NCBI GenBank assembly: GCA_965218295.1
Contig: CBDCKN010000012.1
Location: 128,001 to 192,000, forward strand
Direction: 5' to 3'
Source: Longimicrobiales bacterium
Lineage (GTDB): Bacteria > Gemmatimonadota > Gemmatimonadetes > Longimicrobiales > Gaopeijiaceae
DNA length: 64,000 nt
In this document: positions 20,469 to 30,023 of the stretch, in pieces
Position numbering within the stretch: position 1 is the first letter of the stretch
Layout of the letters: each line of letters starts with the position of its first letter
Made by a program: the position numbers and the translations under genes
Notes under the pieces: model-generated
Seen by the model: only the letters and a program-made list of their open reading frames with translations
What the model was told of the DNA's origin: nothing
Databases searched by the model: none

Positions 20469-20668
20469 GCTGGCTTCTCCATACGGTTGAGGTTCCCGAT
20501 GGTATCGGTCGATCACCGGCCGCGGCAAGCCGACCACAGGCTCCGGCACCGAACGAGCGGCAGCGGGCCGGAGTTCCGTGGAACCTCTGCCCGGTCAGGG
20601 ATCGTATGTAAGGGATGTGTGGCAAGGGTCGTTGAACTGCGACCGTCGATCAGAGGGGAGGGTGCGGC

Positions 20669-21583
20669 ATGAGCGAGCGTGGTCTGATCCCCATCATCTG
20701 GAGTCCCCGGTACGAAGTGAACATTGGGAAGCACGTCTTTCCGGTTGAGAAGTACCGGTTGGTCAAGGAGCGCCTCGAGGACGGAGGCTGGCTCGAGAAG
20801 GCCCGTCTGGAGTCGCCCGAGCCTGCCACCGACGATGCCATCCTCCGAGTTCACACGCGGGCCTATTGGGAGAAGATCACTACAGGGGCCTTCACGCCCT
20901 CCGAAGAGCGCATCCTGGAGGTCCCGTTCTCCGACGACCTCAGGGAGGCCTCGGTCCTTTGCGCCGGCGGCACCACGCAGGCAGGGCGGCTGGCGCTGGC
21001 AGATGGGAGAGCCGTTCACCTGGGCGGCGGATTCCATCACGCCCTCGCCGATCACGGAGAGGGCTTCTGCCTATTGAACGACATCGCCATCGCGGCAGCG
21101 ACCCTGCTGGCCGAGAGCGCCACGGAGCGCATCGCCGTAGTCGACCTGGACGTACACCACGGAAACGGCACGGCCGCCATCTTCGCCGATGAGCCCCGCG
21201 TCTTCACCTTCTCCATGCACCACCAGTGGAACTACCCTGCCCTGAAGCCGCCGGGAGACCTCGACGTGGGCCTGGAGGACGGCGTCGGCGACGAGGAGTA
21301 CTTGGGACTCCTACGGGAGCACCTACCCCGCATTCTTGAGGAATTCCGGCCGGAGCTCATCCTGTATCTCGCCGGAGCCGACCCGTACGAAGCCGATCAA
21401 TTGGGGGGGCTGGCGCTCTCACTGGAGGGCCTGAGAGCCCGGGACGAGTTGGTCCTGGAGACCGCCGGAGAAGCGGGTGTGGGCGTGGCCGTCACCCTCG
21501 CTGGAGGCTACGCCATTCGACCCTCGGATACGGTGGCGATCCACTGCGGAACCGTTGAGGCCGCCCTGGCGTCCGACCCATGA
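20669..21583 (+). CDS. Histone deacetylase family protein
   Basis: GGGFHHA, GFCLLND, DLDVHHGNGT, GADP, GGY motifs. Confidence 0.93.
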   Translation: MSERGLIPIIWSPRYEVNIGKHVFPVEKYRLVKERLEDGGWLEKARLESPEPATDDAILRVHTRAYWEKITTGAFTPSEERILEVPFSDDLREASVLCAGGTTQAGRLALADGRAVHLGGGFHHALADHGEGFCLLNDIAIAAATLLAESATERIAVVDLDVHHGNGTAAIFADEPRVFTFSMHHQWNYPALKPPGDLDVGLEDGVGDEEYLGLLREHLPRILEEFRPELILYLAGADPYEADQLGGLALSLEGLRARDELVLETAGEAGVGVAVTLAGGYAIRPSDTVAIHCGTVEAALASDP

Positions 21584-21604
21584 CCGCAGGGCGACCGGCA
21601 GCGC

Positions 21605-22126
21605 TCAACGAGGGAGGTTGAGCGCCTCCGTCACCTCCATACCGATGCGAGCCTGCGCCCGGCGCAGGTCCCCCGTCTCCCCCACGTCGAACTCCCCGCT
21701 CCAGAGGAGGGTACCGCTGTCGACCCGGTAGAGCTCGGCCACCAGCGTAGTTGCGGAAGCACCGGAGACCTCACGTCCCATGAGGATCATGTCGGCTTCG
21801 AACTGCCTGCCCACCTCCAGCGGGTCGCCACCCGGATCGAAGTAGCCGGCCGTACTCGCGGGGCCAAGGACTCCGAGCTCTCTCGGATCGATCCGGCCGA
21901 AGTACGACGCCAAGCCTTCACCAAATCCGGCGTAACGGCTGGAGCCAGGAGTCGAGCTCTGGAACGGGAGAACCGCCAGGACCGGCCTTCCCTTCGGGAT
22001 CCGGCGCCCACCTTCCATGACCATGAAGATCAACGACCCAACGAAGAGCGCGGACACCGTGATCACGAGCGCCGCGAGGGTCCGGCGTGCCCCCGTGCGG
22101 GGATCGGGCTCCACGATCCGAGTCAT
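21605..22126 (-). CDS. Membrane-anchored TolB-N/FlgO-like domain protein
   Basis: TM segment, then LAVLPF...ELYRVDSGTLLWSGEFD. Confidence 0.65.
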   Translation of the reverse strand: MTRIVEPDPRTGARRTLAALVITVSALFVGSLIFMVMEGGRRIPKGRPVLAVLPFQSSTPGSSRYAGFGEGLASYFGRIDPRELGVLGPASTAGYFDPGGDPLEVGRQFEADMILMGREVSGASATTLVAELYRVDSGTLLWSGEFDVGETGDLRRAQARIGMEVTEALNLPR

Positions 22127-22193
22127 GGCTGGAATGTCCGGTGGAGGCCCTCGTTGGGCCAGATCTCACGAGAACGCGTCACGGCGTCTCCCA

Positions 22194-23084
22194 TCACGGG
22201 ATGAGGCTGATGCCCAGGCCAAAGAAGGTCTCCTCCGCCTCCACCAGCTGGCCCATGGGCGACGAGCCGAAGTGGGCTCGTGCCTCGAGGCGTAGGAGAC
22301 GCTCGCTGACCCTGAGCCCCATCCCGGTCACCAGCGTCGTCCCCGACCGCCCCGTGAGGGTCGGGTGCTCGAAGTTGGCCGCGAACAAGGGCCAGATACC
22401 GTCGTCCACCCCCGGGGCGCGAGCCTCCCACTCCAACCCGGTCCGAAGGACTGCCCTCGAGACCTTCTTGTTGATGTGGAAGTTGAGGTCGCCGCCGGCG
22501 TAGATGCGTCCACCCGACCCGAAGGTCCGTGCCAACAGGCCCTCAACCCCGTCCCTGGTCCGCTGAATGAGCTTGTTCCCCTGCAGGACCAACCGCTCCG
22601 GGAAGCGAACGAGGTATTCGTCGCCCACGTGGGAGCTGAGGTGGCGGAGGGTTATCCTGACCTGCCAGTCGTCGTGCCGGATGGAGATGGGTAGGCCCAC
22701 CCGAAAGTCGACGTTGATCAAGTCCTTTTGCGAGGTCTCCATGAAGAAGCGCGAGAAGAAACCCAGCTCGAAGCCGAGGGTCATCGCGCGGTCGGCGGTG
22801 GTACCGTCGTCCATCCGCAGGATGGCCACGCTGTGACCGATCACCACCTCCGCCTCGATGTTGCGTCCAGCATAGTCCAACGCGTCGGGTCGATCGGCGA
22901 GGACGAAGGAGCCCCGGAGCTGCGTCTCGCGGGGTGCCGCGATGAGGGGCTCGAATGGACGTAGGCCTGGAAGCCAGCGGGATGCCTCCTGGCCCTTCAG
23001 ATCCCCGGGGTGAAGGGAGGAGGGGCCGGCGACCACCAGGGCCAGGAGCCCCGCTCGTATCTTCGCCAATCGGCGGGGCCTCAC
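22194..23084 (-). CDS. DUF1207-like outer membrane protein
   Basis: Signal peptide, FEPLIAAPRE, DLINVDFRVG, HLSSHVGDE, beta-strand C-terminus. Confidence 0.7.
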   Translation of the reverse strand: MRPRRLAKIRAGLLALVVAGPSSLHPGDLKGQEASRWLPGLRPFEPLIAAPRETQLRGSFVLADRPDALDYAGRNIEAEVVIGHSVAILRMDDGTTADRAMTLGFELGFFSRFFMETSQKDLINVDFRVGLPISIRHDDWQVRITLRHLSSHVGDEYLVRFPERLVLQGNKLIQRTRDGVEGLLARTFGSGGRIYAGGDLNFHINKKVSRAVLRTGLEWEARAPGVDDGIWPLFAANFEHPTLTGRSGTTLVTGMGLRVSERLLRLEARAHFGSSPMGQLVEAEETFFGLGISLIP

Positions 23085-23096
23085 TCGGGGTTCCGT

Positions 23097-25226
23097 CTAC
23101 TCGAACGAGCCAGGAACCGCCTCCTCCATCTCGGCCGCCACTTCCTCGGCCAGGCGCATCGTCGAGAGATCCAGGTCGTAGTCGGGCACCTCACGGGGCT
23201 GGAGCTTCTCGATCAGCTCCCGGAACTCGCGACCGGAGAGCCCCATGTCTTTGAGCTCGTCGGGCGTAAGACCCCCACCGTCCGACCTAGCTCGCACGCC
23301 GTCGTCATCACCCTCCAGGAGGTGGCGCAGCGCCGTCATCTCGGCTCGGCTCATGGGCTCGGCGCCCACGCTGTAGTCGAGCCACGCCTCGTAGCTGAGG
23401 GGAGCCACCCGCTTCAACATGCCGGCCATTACCCGTGCGAACTCCTGGATCTCCCACTGGGAATGGGGATCGACCCGGAGGGTCAGGAAGTGCAAGAGGT
23501 TGTGAAGGTCGATCTTCCAATACCACTGCGTATAGGTGGAAAGAGGAAGATCGATGCGGGCGAGCTCCCGAGCGACCTCCTCCTCCAACATCCATCGGTA
23601 CCCCTCGGAGGCCTCGGCACGGACCCGCTCCCAGCGCGCCACCGCCTTCTCGTACAGCTCCGCAGGAGCGTGCTCGGGCCGCCGGCCCTGACGGTTGTCC
23701 GCACTCTGGAGCGCGAAGTGGTCCAAGTCGGCCTTGTAAAAGAGGAGGGGCATCAACGAATAACGGCCGCTGTACTCGTTTACCGAATTGTGTGTGACGA
23801 TCCCGTTGGCGATAAAGTTGTGAGATGGGCCCTCCACCTCCAGGTCGTAGGTCTCGCGTATCCCCAAATACTCGAAACGCTCGACGCGAACGAGGCGAGT
23901 GCTGGTGAGCTTGTTCCACGGTACTCGCGGCCGCCTTTTCCATTCCGTATGAATCGGGCCGCCACCGAGCCGTTCGACGTAGTCCAGCTCATCCCCTGCG
24001 ACCCTTCGATGGCAGGGCGCACAGAGGGTCGTGAGGTTCCCAAGGTCCCTGGCTCTCGATTCGTCGGCCCAGACGGGGACGATGTGATGGCAGTGCAGCT
24101 CATCGGCCCTCTGGGCACACAGCTGGCAGGTCCATCCGTTCTCGGCGTGGACCTTGTGAGCGACCTGCGTGGTCCATCGCCCGATACCATCCCGCTCCGA
24201 GGAGCCCCCTCCGCGCCAGAAGTTGGAAGCAAGCCCGCTCCGTGATCTCCGGTTCGCCTCGACCCACTCGGCGGAGAGTTGCCGGGGGCCGAGCTCATAA
24301 GTGAGGTTCCTGTTCCATGGCGAATCACCCTCGGTGAAGCATCCGCGACCAGGCTCCGTGAGCTTGTGGCGCGTCAGCCACTTTCTGATCGTGTGGTACG
24401 AAACACCGCAATCTTCCGCGATGTAACGAATGTCCCGCCTCTGCTCGTTGTACTGTCGCTGGAGCCACTTCTTGTCCTGGCAGAGAGCCGGAGCTTCGGC
24501 TACGAGGCCGTTCACATGGACGTAGTGGTCTCCCGCCTGCCAAACAGCCCGCCCACCCTTCTCCTCGAGCCCGGTGGCTTGATGAAGCGTCCTCCATCCA
24601 TCGGCGAATCTGAAGCGGTGGTCCGCTGTAGCCGTGATCTCCTTCCCGTCGGCCAGAACCATCCGGAATACGTGCTTTGGGCCGTTCTTAAAGACATCCA
24701 CGACTCGGGTGTGGCCGATCCGCCCCGTCTCCTCGTCCATCTGACGAAGCCGCATGCCCTTCACACGGTCGCGCCGGAAGTACGGGTTCCTCTGTTTGTC
24801 GGGACGATGACGATTGACGGTCGGCTGAAATCGCCTCCACACGTCCTCGATGGGCAGCTTGTAGAGCTGATTTCCCCGTCGCTGAATGCCTCCGGGAAGG
24901 TCGAAGTACACCTCGGTCCCCTCCGCCAGGCAGGCCGTGCGATGTCGGATCCACTGGCGCGCCACGAACATGGGCATGGCACAGTGGAACTTGACCTCCA
25001 CCATCTCGCTAGGCGTCGTGTGGTAGTGCCTGCGCAGATACCGGATCAAGCCCCGAGTCTGGCTTACCTTCCGGGTGCCGTAGCCATAGCTGACGCGGGC
25101 GGCCCTCTCCACGTCGTCGTCTGTGCCCATGTAGTCGACCAGGGCCACGAAACCGTGGTCGAGAACGGGAAAATACCCCCCGAGAATCTCCTCCGCGGCG
25201 GGGCTCGTAGGTCTCTTGGTTTCCAT
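23097..25226 (-). CDS. thyX: FAD-dependent thymidylate synthase ThyX, intein-containing
   Basis: VLDHGFV, AARVSY, the RHRx7S motif (split by the intein), ARELARIDLP. Confidence 0.95.
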   Translation of the reverse strand: METKRPTSPAAEEILGGYFPVLDHGFVALVDYMGTDDDVERAARVSYGYGTRKVSQTRGLIRYLRRHYHTTPSEMVEVKFHCAMPMFVARQWIRHRTACLAEGTEVYFDLPGGIQRRGNQLYKLPIEDVWRRFQPTVNRHRPDKQRNPYFRRDRVKGMRLRQMDEETGRIGHTRVVDVFKNGPKHVFRMVLADGKEITATADHRFRFADGWRTLHQATGLEEKGGRAVWQAGDHYVHVNGLVAEAPALCQDKKWLQRQYNEQRRDIRYIAEDCGVSYHTIRKWLTRHKLTEPGRGCFTEGDSPWNRNLTYELGPRQLSAEWVEANRRSRSGLASNFWRGGGSSERDGIGRWTTQVAHKVHAENGWTCQLCAQRADELHCHHIVPVWADESRARDLGNLTTLCAPCHRRVAGDELDYVERLGGGPIHTEWKRRPRVPWNKLTSTRLVRVERFEYLGIRETYDLEVEGPSHNFIANGIVTHNSVNEYSGRYSLMPLLFYKADLDHFALQSADNRQGRRPEHAPAELYEKAVARWERVRAEASEGYRWMLEEEVARELARIDLPLSTYTQWYWKIDLHNLLHFLTLRVDPHSQWEIQEFARVMAGMLKRVAPLSYEAWLDYSVGAEPMSRAEMTALRHLLEGDDDGVRARSDGGGLTPDELKDMGLSGREFRELIEKLQPREVPDYDLDLSTMRLAEEVAAEMEEAVPGSFE
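23787..24932 (-). mobile_element. Intein (382 aa) with HTH and HNH homing endonuclease
   Basis: Starts CLAEGT; block B TADHRF; TYDLEV...HNFIANGIVTHN|S; CQLC..HHIVP..NLTTLCAPCH. Confidence 0.92.
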
Positions 25227-25507
25227 ACTATGGGGTTCGCGGCCGCAGCCGGTGAGACGACGAAAGTGCCGGCGGAATAGATCCAAAGGGATTCCCACCC
25301 GCAAGCGGGAGGGTGCACTTGTTGGCCACCGGATACTCGCGGATCGTGGAGAGCCCAAGGGCCGGCCACGCTCGGCGGCGCCGGCAGACTTTCCTGGACA
25401 ACGTCGGGAGCCACTGGCGATCTTGGAAGCGTGGCTCGGGACGGCTGAAGCGGATCAGTCGTCATACTGGAATCCTACCCACCTCGTTGCAGCCTGCCAT
25501 AGACGCC

Positions 25508-26620
25508 GTGCGTATCGCCTTTTTCATCTCTCCCCACGGGTTCGGGCATGCGGCTCGGGCCGCCGCCGTCATGGAGGCGCTCCACGCCCAGGATCCGTCC
25601 ACTCGCTTCGACCTGTTCACCACCGTACCGGAGTGGCTCTTCCGGCACTCGTTGGACGGCCTCTTCCGGCACCACCCGTATGTTGCAGATGTCGGGCTCC
25701 GGCAAACCTCTGCTCTCGAGTTCGACGTCGAAGCCACCCGCGATGCCGTCGAGGCCTTCATCTCGCAGGCGCCGAGGGACGCCGACTCGCTGGCCGACCG
25801 GGTGAATGGGCTGGGGTGCTCGGCGGTGGTGTGTGACATCTCGCCGCTGGGCCTCATGGTGGCGGAGCGGGCGGGGCTGCCCTCGGTTCTAGTGGAGAAC
25901 TTCACGTGGGACTGGCTCTATGAGCCCCTCGCCACCCAGGACCCCGCCTTCGTTCCCATCGTGGAGTGGATGCGCGCCCGATTCGCCGAGGCGGGCCAGC
26001 GCATTCAGGCTCGGCCGCGGTGCGAGCCCCTGGCAAAGTCCGATCTCGTGGTTCCGCCCATCAGCCGCCGTCCCCGTCGGGAGCGTCCGGACGTGAGAGC
26101 CGAGCTCGACGTCGGAGGCGATGCACCGCTCGTGCTGATCACAATGGGGGGAGTGAGCCAGCCCCTCCCCTTCCTGGCGGAGCTTCGCAAGCGGGACGAC
26201 GTGACCTTCGTGGTGACGGGCTCGGAGCACCCGTTTGTACGGGTTGGCCCTTCGCGCCTGATGACCCGGGAGGGCAACCTACGGCTCTTCCACAGCGCCG
26301 CACGGGTCTTCATGCCCGATCTGATCCGCGCAGCCGACTGGGTGGTGGCGAAGCTGGGGTACGGCACCCTCGCAGAGGTCTGGGCCGCCGGCCGGCCGCT
26401 CGGCTATGTGGGACGGAGCGACTTCCGCGAGACCGGCCCGCTCAAGAACTTTGCCCGGAGCGAAATCCCGAGCCTCGAGATCTCCGAGGCAGACTTCTCC
26501 ACGGGGACCTGGATCGACCGAATCGACGATCTCCTCGCCCTGGGCTCCGCTCCGGAAAAAGGCACCAACGGCAGCGAGGCCGCTGCGCGCTGGATCATGG
26601 AGGCGACGGCCAAAGTCTGA
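25508..26620 (+). CDS. GT-B fold glycosyltransferase-like protein
   Basis: ISPHGFGHAAR, LITMGG, VAKLGYGT motifs; GTG start. Confidence 0.75.
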   Translation: MRIAFFISPHGFGHAARAAAVMEALHAQDPSTRFDLFTTVPEWLFRHSLDGLFRHHPYVADVGLRQTSALEFDVEATRDAVEAFISQAPRDADSLADRVNGLGCSAVVCDISPLGLMVAERAGLPSVLVENFTWDWLYEPLATQDPAFVPIVEWMRARFAEAGQRIQARPRCEPLAKSDLVVPPISRRPRRERPDVRAELDVGGDAPLVLITMGGVSQPLPFLAELRKRDDVTFVVTGSEHPFVRVGPSRLMTREGNLRLFHSAARVFMPDLIRAADWVVAKLGYGTLAEVWAAGRPLGYVGRSDFRETGPLKNFARSEIPSLEISEADFSTGTWIDRIDDLLALGSAPEKGTNGSEAAARWIMEATAKV

Positions 26621-26628
26621 GGACCGGC

Positions 26629-26867
26629 TCAGCGCACGCGCTCTCCCGCGATCCACACCGACTCTATACTCCGGGCGTTGGCGATGTCCTCCAGGGGGTC
26701 CCCCGTCAGCACGACGAAATCGGCCCAACGACCCGCCGCCAGCGTCCCGATCTCGTCCTCGACACCCAGGCAGCGGGCGGCATCGGAGGCCCCGCCTCCA
26801 CGCCCGAGCGCCATCAGGCCACCGAGGCCGAGCAGAAGGGCCGGGCGGCACGCGTAGTCCGAGTCAT
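26629..26867 (-). pseudogene. Amidohydrolase remnant (signal peptide joined to the last ~50 aa)
   Basis: ALLLGLGGLMALG directly followed by AARCLG..IGTLAAGRWADFVVLTGDPLEDI..VWIAG; the catalytic barrel is absent. Confidence 0.7.
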
Positions 26868-28165
26868 GTTCCCCTCCTCAGCTTCGAGCGCTTCACGAAA
26901 TCCACGGACATGCCCAGCTCTTCACCCACCAGGGCAGCCAGTGCCTCAGCCGGCTGGCCCCAGGGGATGTCGTCTCCGAGACAGAGCCGCCGTCCGCCCT
27001 TCAAGAACGCGCGGATCCTCACCTTGCGCTCCGCCTTTGCGCCGTCACCCACCCGGCTGCTCACGTCCATCTCCACACGCTCGACGTCCTCGATACGAGC
27101 CAAGCGCGTGACGGGCAAGAGAAACCACCGCCGGGTCGAGATCTTCCCGTTCCGGATCTCGACCACCAGAGAGTTCATGAGCGAGTACAGGCCCAGGAAC
27201 ATCATGAGAGCGCCGAGCCCGCCGAAAGTCACGAGGAAGATCGACGTGAAGCCCACCGCGACGGCGCCGAACACCGTGCCGTCCATCATCTCCAGGATGG
27301 TTCCGAAGAAGAAGACACCAGCGCCCGTAAAGACGGCCCCGAACACCACGAGCATCACGCCGGCCAAGCCGCCGCGGCCCACGGGATAGTGGAGGGTCAC
27401 ACCAGAGCCACGCCTCCTCATGCGGACCACTTCGTCGGGCAGGTGCGTGGCCTCGACGGTGGAGGGCGTAGACAGGGCCGACCGGCTGGCGCGCAGAACC
27501 GGATCCACGAGCAGCACCGGCATCTCGAAAGTCTGATCCAGGTCCGCACCGGGAAGATCTCCCTGAATACGGACGATCCACTTGTGATAGTCGTCGGACT
27601 TCTCGGCAGTGGGCGGCAGATCCCCGGGGACCTGGAACGTGAAGCGAAGGCGCAGGCCCCTGCCCGAGCGCTCGACCTCGGGAAGCATCTCCTCGGCCCA
27701 CTCGATGGACTCCTTGCGCGATGATCCGTCACTCGTCTTCTGCAGTCGATCCCGGATGCACACCAGGAGGACCCGGGCCTCGAGATCGTCCACAGGGTGG
27801 AGCGGAAGCTCCAGCGAGCCCCCGACATGGCCACCCAGCGAGCCGGGGTGGGGGTCGAGCTGCAGGCGGAGGCCGCGGAAGCGCCTCCAGCGAAGGGTCT
27901 CTCGCATGGCCATGGCCAGGAGGAGGAACCCCACCAGGGTGAAGACCGGGAGCAAGAAGGCCAGGAACAGACCCAGCTCGTCGTCTCTGAAGAGGGCGAT
28001 CCAGCCCACGGGAATCCCGATGACATTCCAGATGAGGGCTCCCACCCAATAGGTGAGGAGCTCCCGGCCCACGGTCGATCGTGTCCACCCTTCCGACCAG
28101 CCGGGGTGACTGAGGAGCGCCCGCTGGACCTCGTCCGGTGATTGGCTCTGCATAGTCACCTGCAC
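26864..28165 (-). CDS. Hypothetical membrane protein
   Basis: Two TM hairpins flanking a beta-rich domain; good codon usage. Confidence 0.7.
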   Translation of the reverse strand: MQVTMQSQSPDEVQRALLSHPGWSEGWTRSTVGRELLTYWVGALIWNVIGIPVGWIALFRDDELGLFLAFLLPVFTLVGFLLLAMAMRETLRWRRFRGLRLQLDPHPGSLGGHVGGSLELPLHPVDDLEARVLLVCIRDRLQKTSDGSSRKESIEWAEEMLPEVERSGRGLRLRFTFQVPGDLPPTAEKSDDYHKWIVRIQGDLPGADLDQTFEMPVLLVDPVLRASRSALSTPSTVEATHLPDEVVRMRRRGSGVTLHYPVGRGGLAGVMLVVFGAVFTGAGVFFFGTILEMMDGTVFGAVAVGFTSIFLVTFGGLGALMMFLGLYSLMNSLVVEIRNGKISTRRWFLLPVTRLARIEDVERVEMDVSSRVGDGAKAERKVRIRAFLKGGRRLCLGDDIPWGQPAEALAALVGEELGMSVDFVKRSKLRRGT

Positions 28166-28195
28166 GTGTCGCTGCCCACGGCGGGGCCCTCCTAG

Positions 28196-29827
28196 CTAGG
28201 CCCCGCTCTCCTTGCTCTCCGGCTTGCCGTACAGCTCCCGCAGCCGGGTCTTCTGGACCTTGCCGGTGCCACCTACCGGCATCGACTCGACGAAGACGAC
28301 CGCCTCGGGGATCCACCACTTGGCGACCTTGCCCTCCAGGAAGCCCAACAGCTCCTCCTTCGTGACGGACGCGCCCTCCCTCACCTGCACGATCAGGAGG
28401 GGACGCTCGGTCCACTTGGCGTCGGGAAGGCCGATGACCGCCGCCATCGCCACGCCCGGGTGGCCCATGGCTACGTTCTCCAGGTCGATGGAGCTGATCC
28501 ACTCCCCCCCCGACTTGATCACGTCCTTGGCCCGGTCCGTGATCTGCATGTAGCCGTGCGAGTCCAGAGACGCGATGTCACCCGTGGAGAACCACCCCTC
28601 GGCGTCCAGGATTTCCTCGTCGTGCTCGTAGTAGCTAGAGCAGACCCAGGGGCCCCGCACCTGGAGCTCACCGACGGCCTCGCCGTCGTGAGGCAAAGCC
28701 TTCCCATCTTCGTCCACGATCCGCCAATCGACTCCGAAGATCCGCCTGCCCTGCCTCACCTGCACGCCCAGGCGCTCCTCGATGGGCATCTGGCGAAGCT
28801 CGGGCGTGAGAACATTGAGGGAGCCGATGGGACTCGTCTCCGTCATCCCCCAGCCCTGACGGAATTCGATCCCGAACTCCTCCTCGAATGCCCGGATCAT
28901 GGACCTGGGAGGGGCCGCGCCGCCGACCGCCACCACCTCGAGGCTCGGAACGCCCGCGTCGTTGGCACGCCAGTAGTCGAGGAGCCCCATCCAGATGGTG
29001 GGCACTCCGGTGCTGACGACGACCTTCTCATCTCGCATCAGCCGGGTCAGGCTCTCCCCGTCCATGTGTGGACCCGTGAAGACGAGCTTGGCTCCCAGGA
29101 TGGCCGCCGAGTAGGGGGTCCCCCAGGCGTTGGCGTGGAACATGGGGACGACCGGAAGCATGGCCTGGCCCTCCTTGACCCCCAACGCGTCGGGCAAGCT
29201 GGCGGCGAAGGCGTGCAGCACCGTGGAGCGGTGACTGTAGAGGACCCCCTTTGGGTTCCCGGTAGTGCCCGAGGTGTAGCACAGGGACGCCCCGGCGTTC
29301 TCTTCGAGCACGGGCCATTCGTACTCCCCGGGCTGCCCCTCCAGGAGCTCCTCGTAGCAGAGAAGGTCCGAGAGAGACGACTCGCGCATCGTCTCCCTCC
29401 CCGTCATGACCACCACGTGCTCGACGGTCTCCAGCCGGTCGGTCACCGCGGCGACGAGCGGGACGAATGTCAGGTCCACGCAGAGGATCCGGTCCTCGGC
29501 GTGGTTGATGACGTATGTGAGCTGATCGGGATGGAGGCGAGGGTTCATGGTGTGGCAGATGGCCCCCATGCCCGACACGCCGTAGTACAGCTCCAGATGA
29601 CGATACCCGTTCCAGGCGATGGTCCCCACCCGGTCCCCCTCACCGATGCCCAGCCCGGCCAAGCCGTGGGCGAGCTGGGCCGAACGGGCACGGACGTCCT
29701 TCCACGTGTACCGATGCACCGGACCTTCCACCGTCTGAGAGACGACCTCGATGTGCCCGTGCATGTCCGCTGCGTAGTCGATCAGTGAGGATATGAGCAG
29801 GGGATGGTCCATCATCAGGCCACGCAT
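28196..29827 (-). CDS. Long/medium-chain acyl-CoA ligase (AlkK/DmdB-like)
   Basis: [33 protein letters not shown] motifs. Confidence 0.9.
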   Translation of the reverse strand: MRGLMMDHPLLISSLIDYAADMHGHIEVVSQTVEGPVHRYTWKDVRARSAQLAHGLAGLGIGEGDRVGTIAWNGYRHLELYYGVSGMGAICHTMNPRLHPDQLTYVINHAEDRILCVDLTFVPLVAAVTDRLETVEHVVVMTGRETMRESSLSDLLCYEELLEGQPGEYEWPVLEENAGASLCYTSGTTGNPKGVLYSHRSTVLHAFAASLPDALGVKEGQAMLPVVPMFHANAWGTPYSAAILGAKLVFTGPHMDGESLTRLMRDEKVVVSTGVPTIWMGLLDYWRANDAGVPSLEVVAVGGAAPPRSMIRAFEEEFGIEFRQGWGMTETSPIGSLNVLTPELRQMPIEERLGVQVRQGRRIFGVDWRIVDEDGKALPHDGEAVGELQVRGPWVCSSYYEHDEEILDAEGWFSTGDIASLDSHGYMQITDRAKDVIKSGGEWISSIDLENVAMGHPGVAMAAVIGLPDAKWTERPLLIVQVREGASVTKEELLGFLEGKVAKWWIPEAVVFVESMPVGGTGKVQKTRLRELYGKPESKESGA

Positions 29828-30023
29828 GTCGGCCTCCTAGCGCTGGGGAGCAGACCCCTTATCATGGGGTGCTGAAAGTATGCCGGGTGACGCCGGGGAG
29901 CACCCCCGGCCCCCGGAGAGGCCGTCTGAGAACCCTTTGCCCGGCGCCATCGACCGGTCCCATCTTCAGGAGGCCCCACGCTGGCTTTATACAGGCTCAA
30001 AACACACTGACGCCGATATCGAG

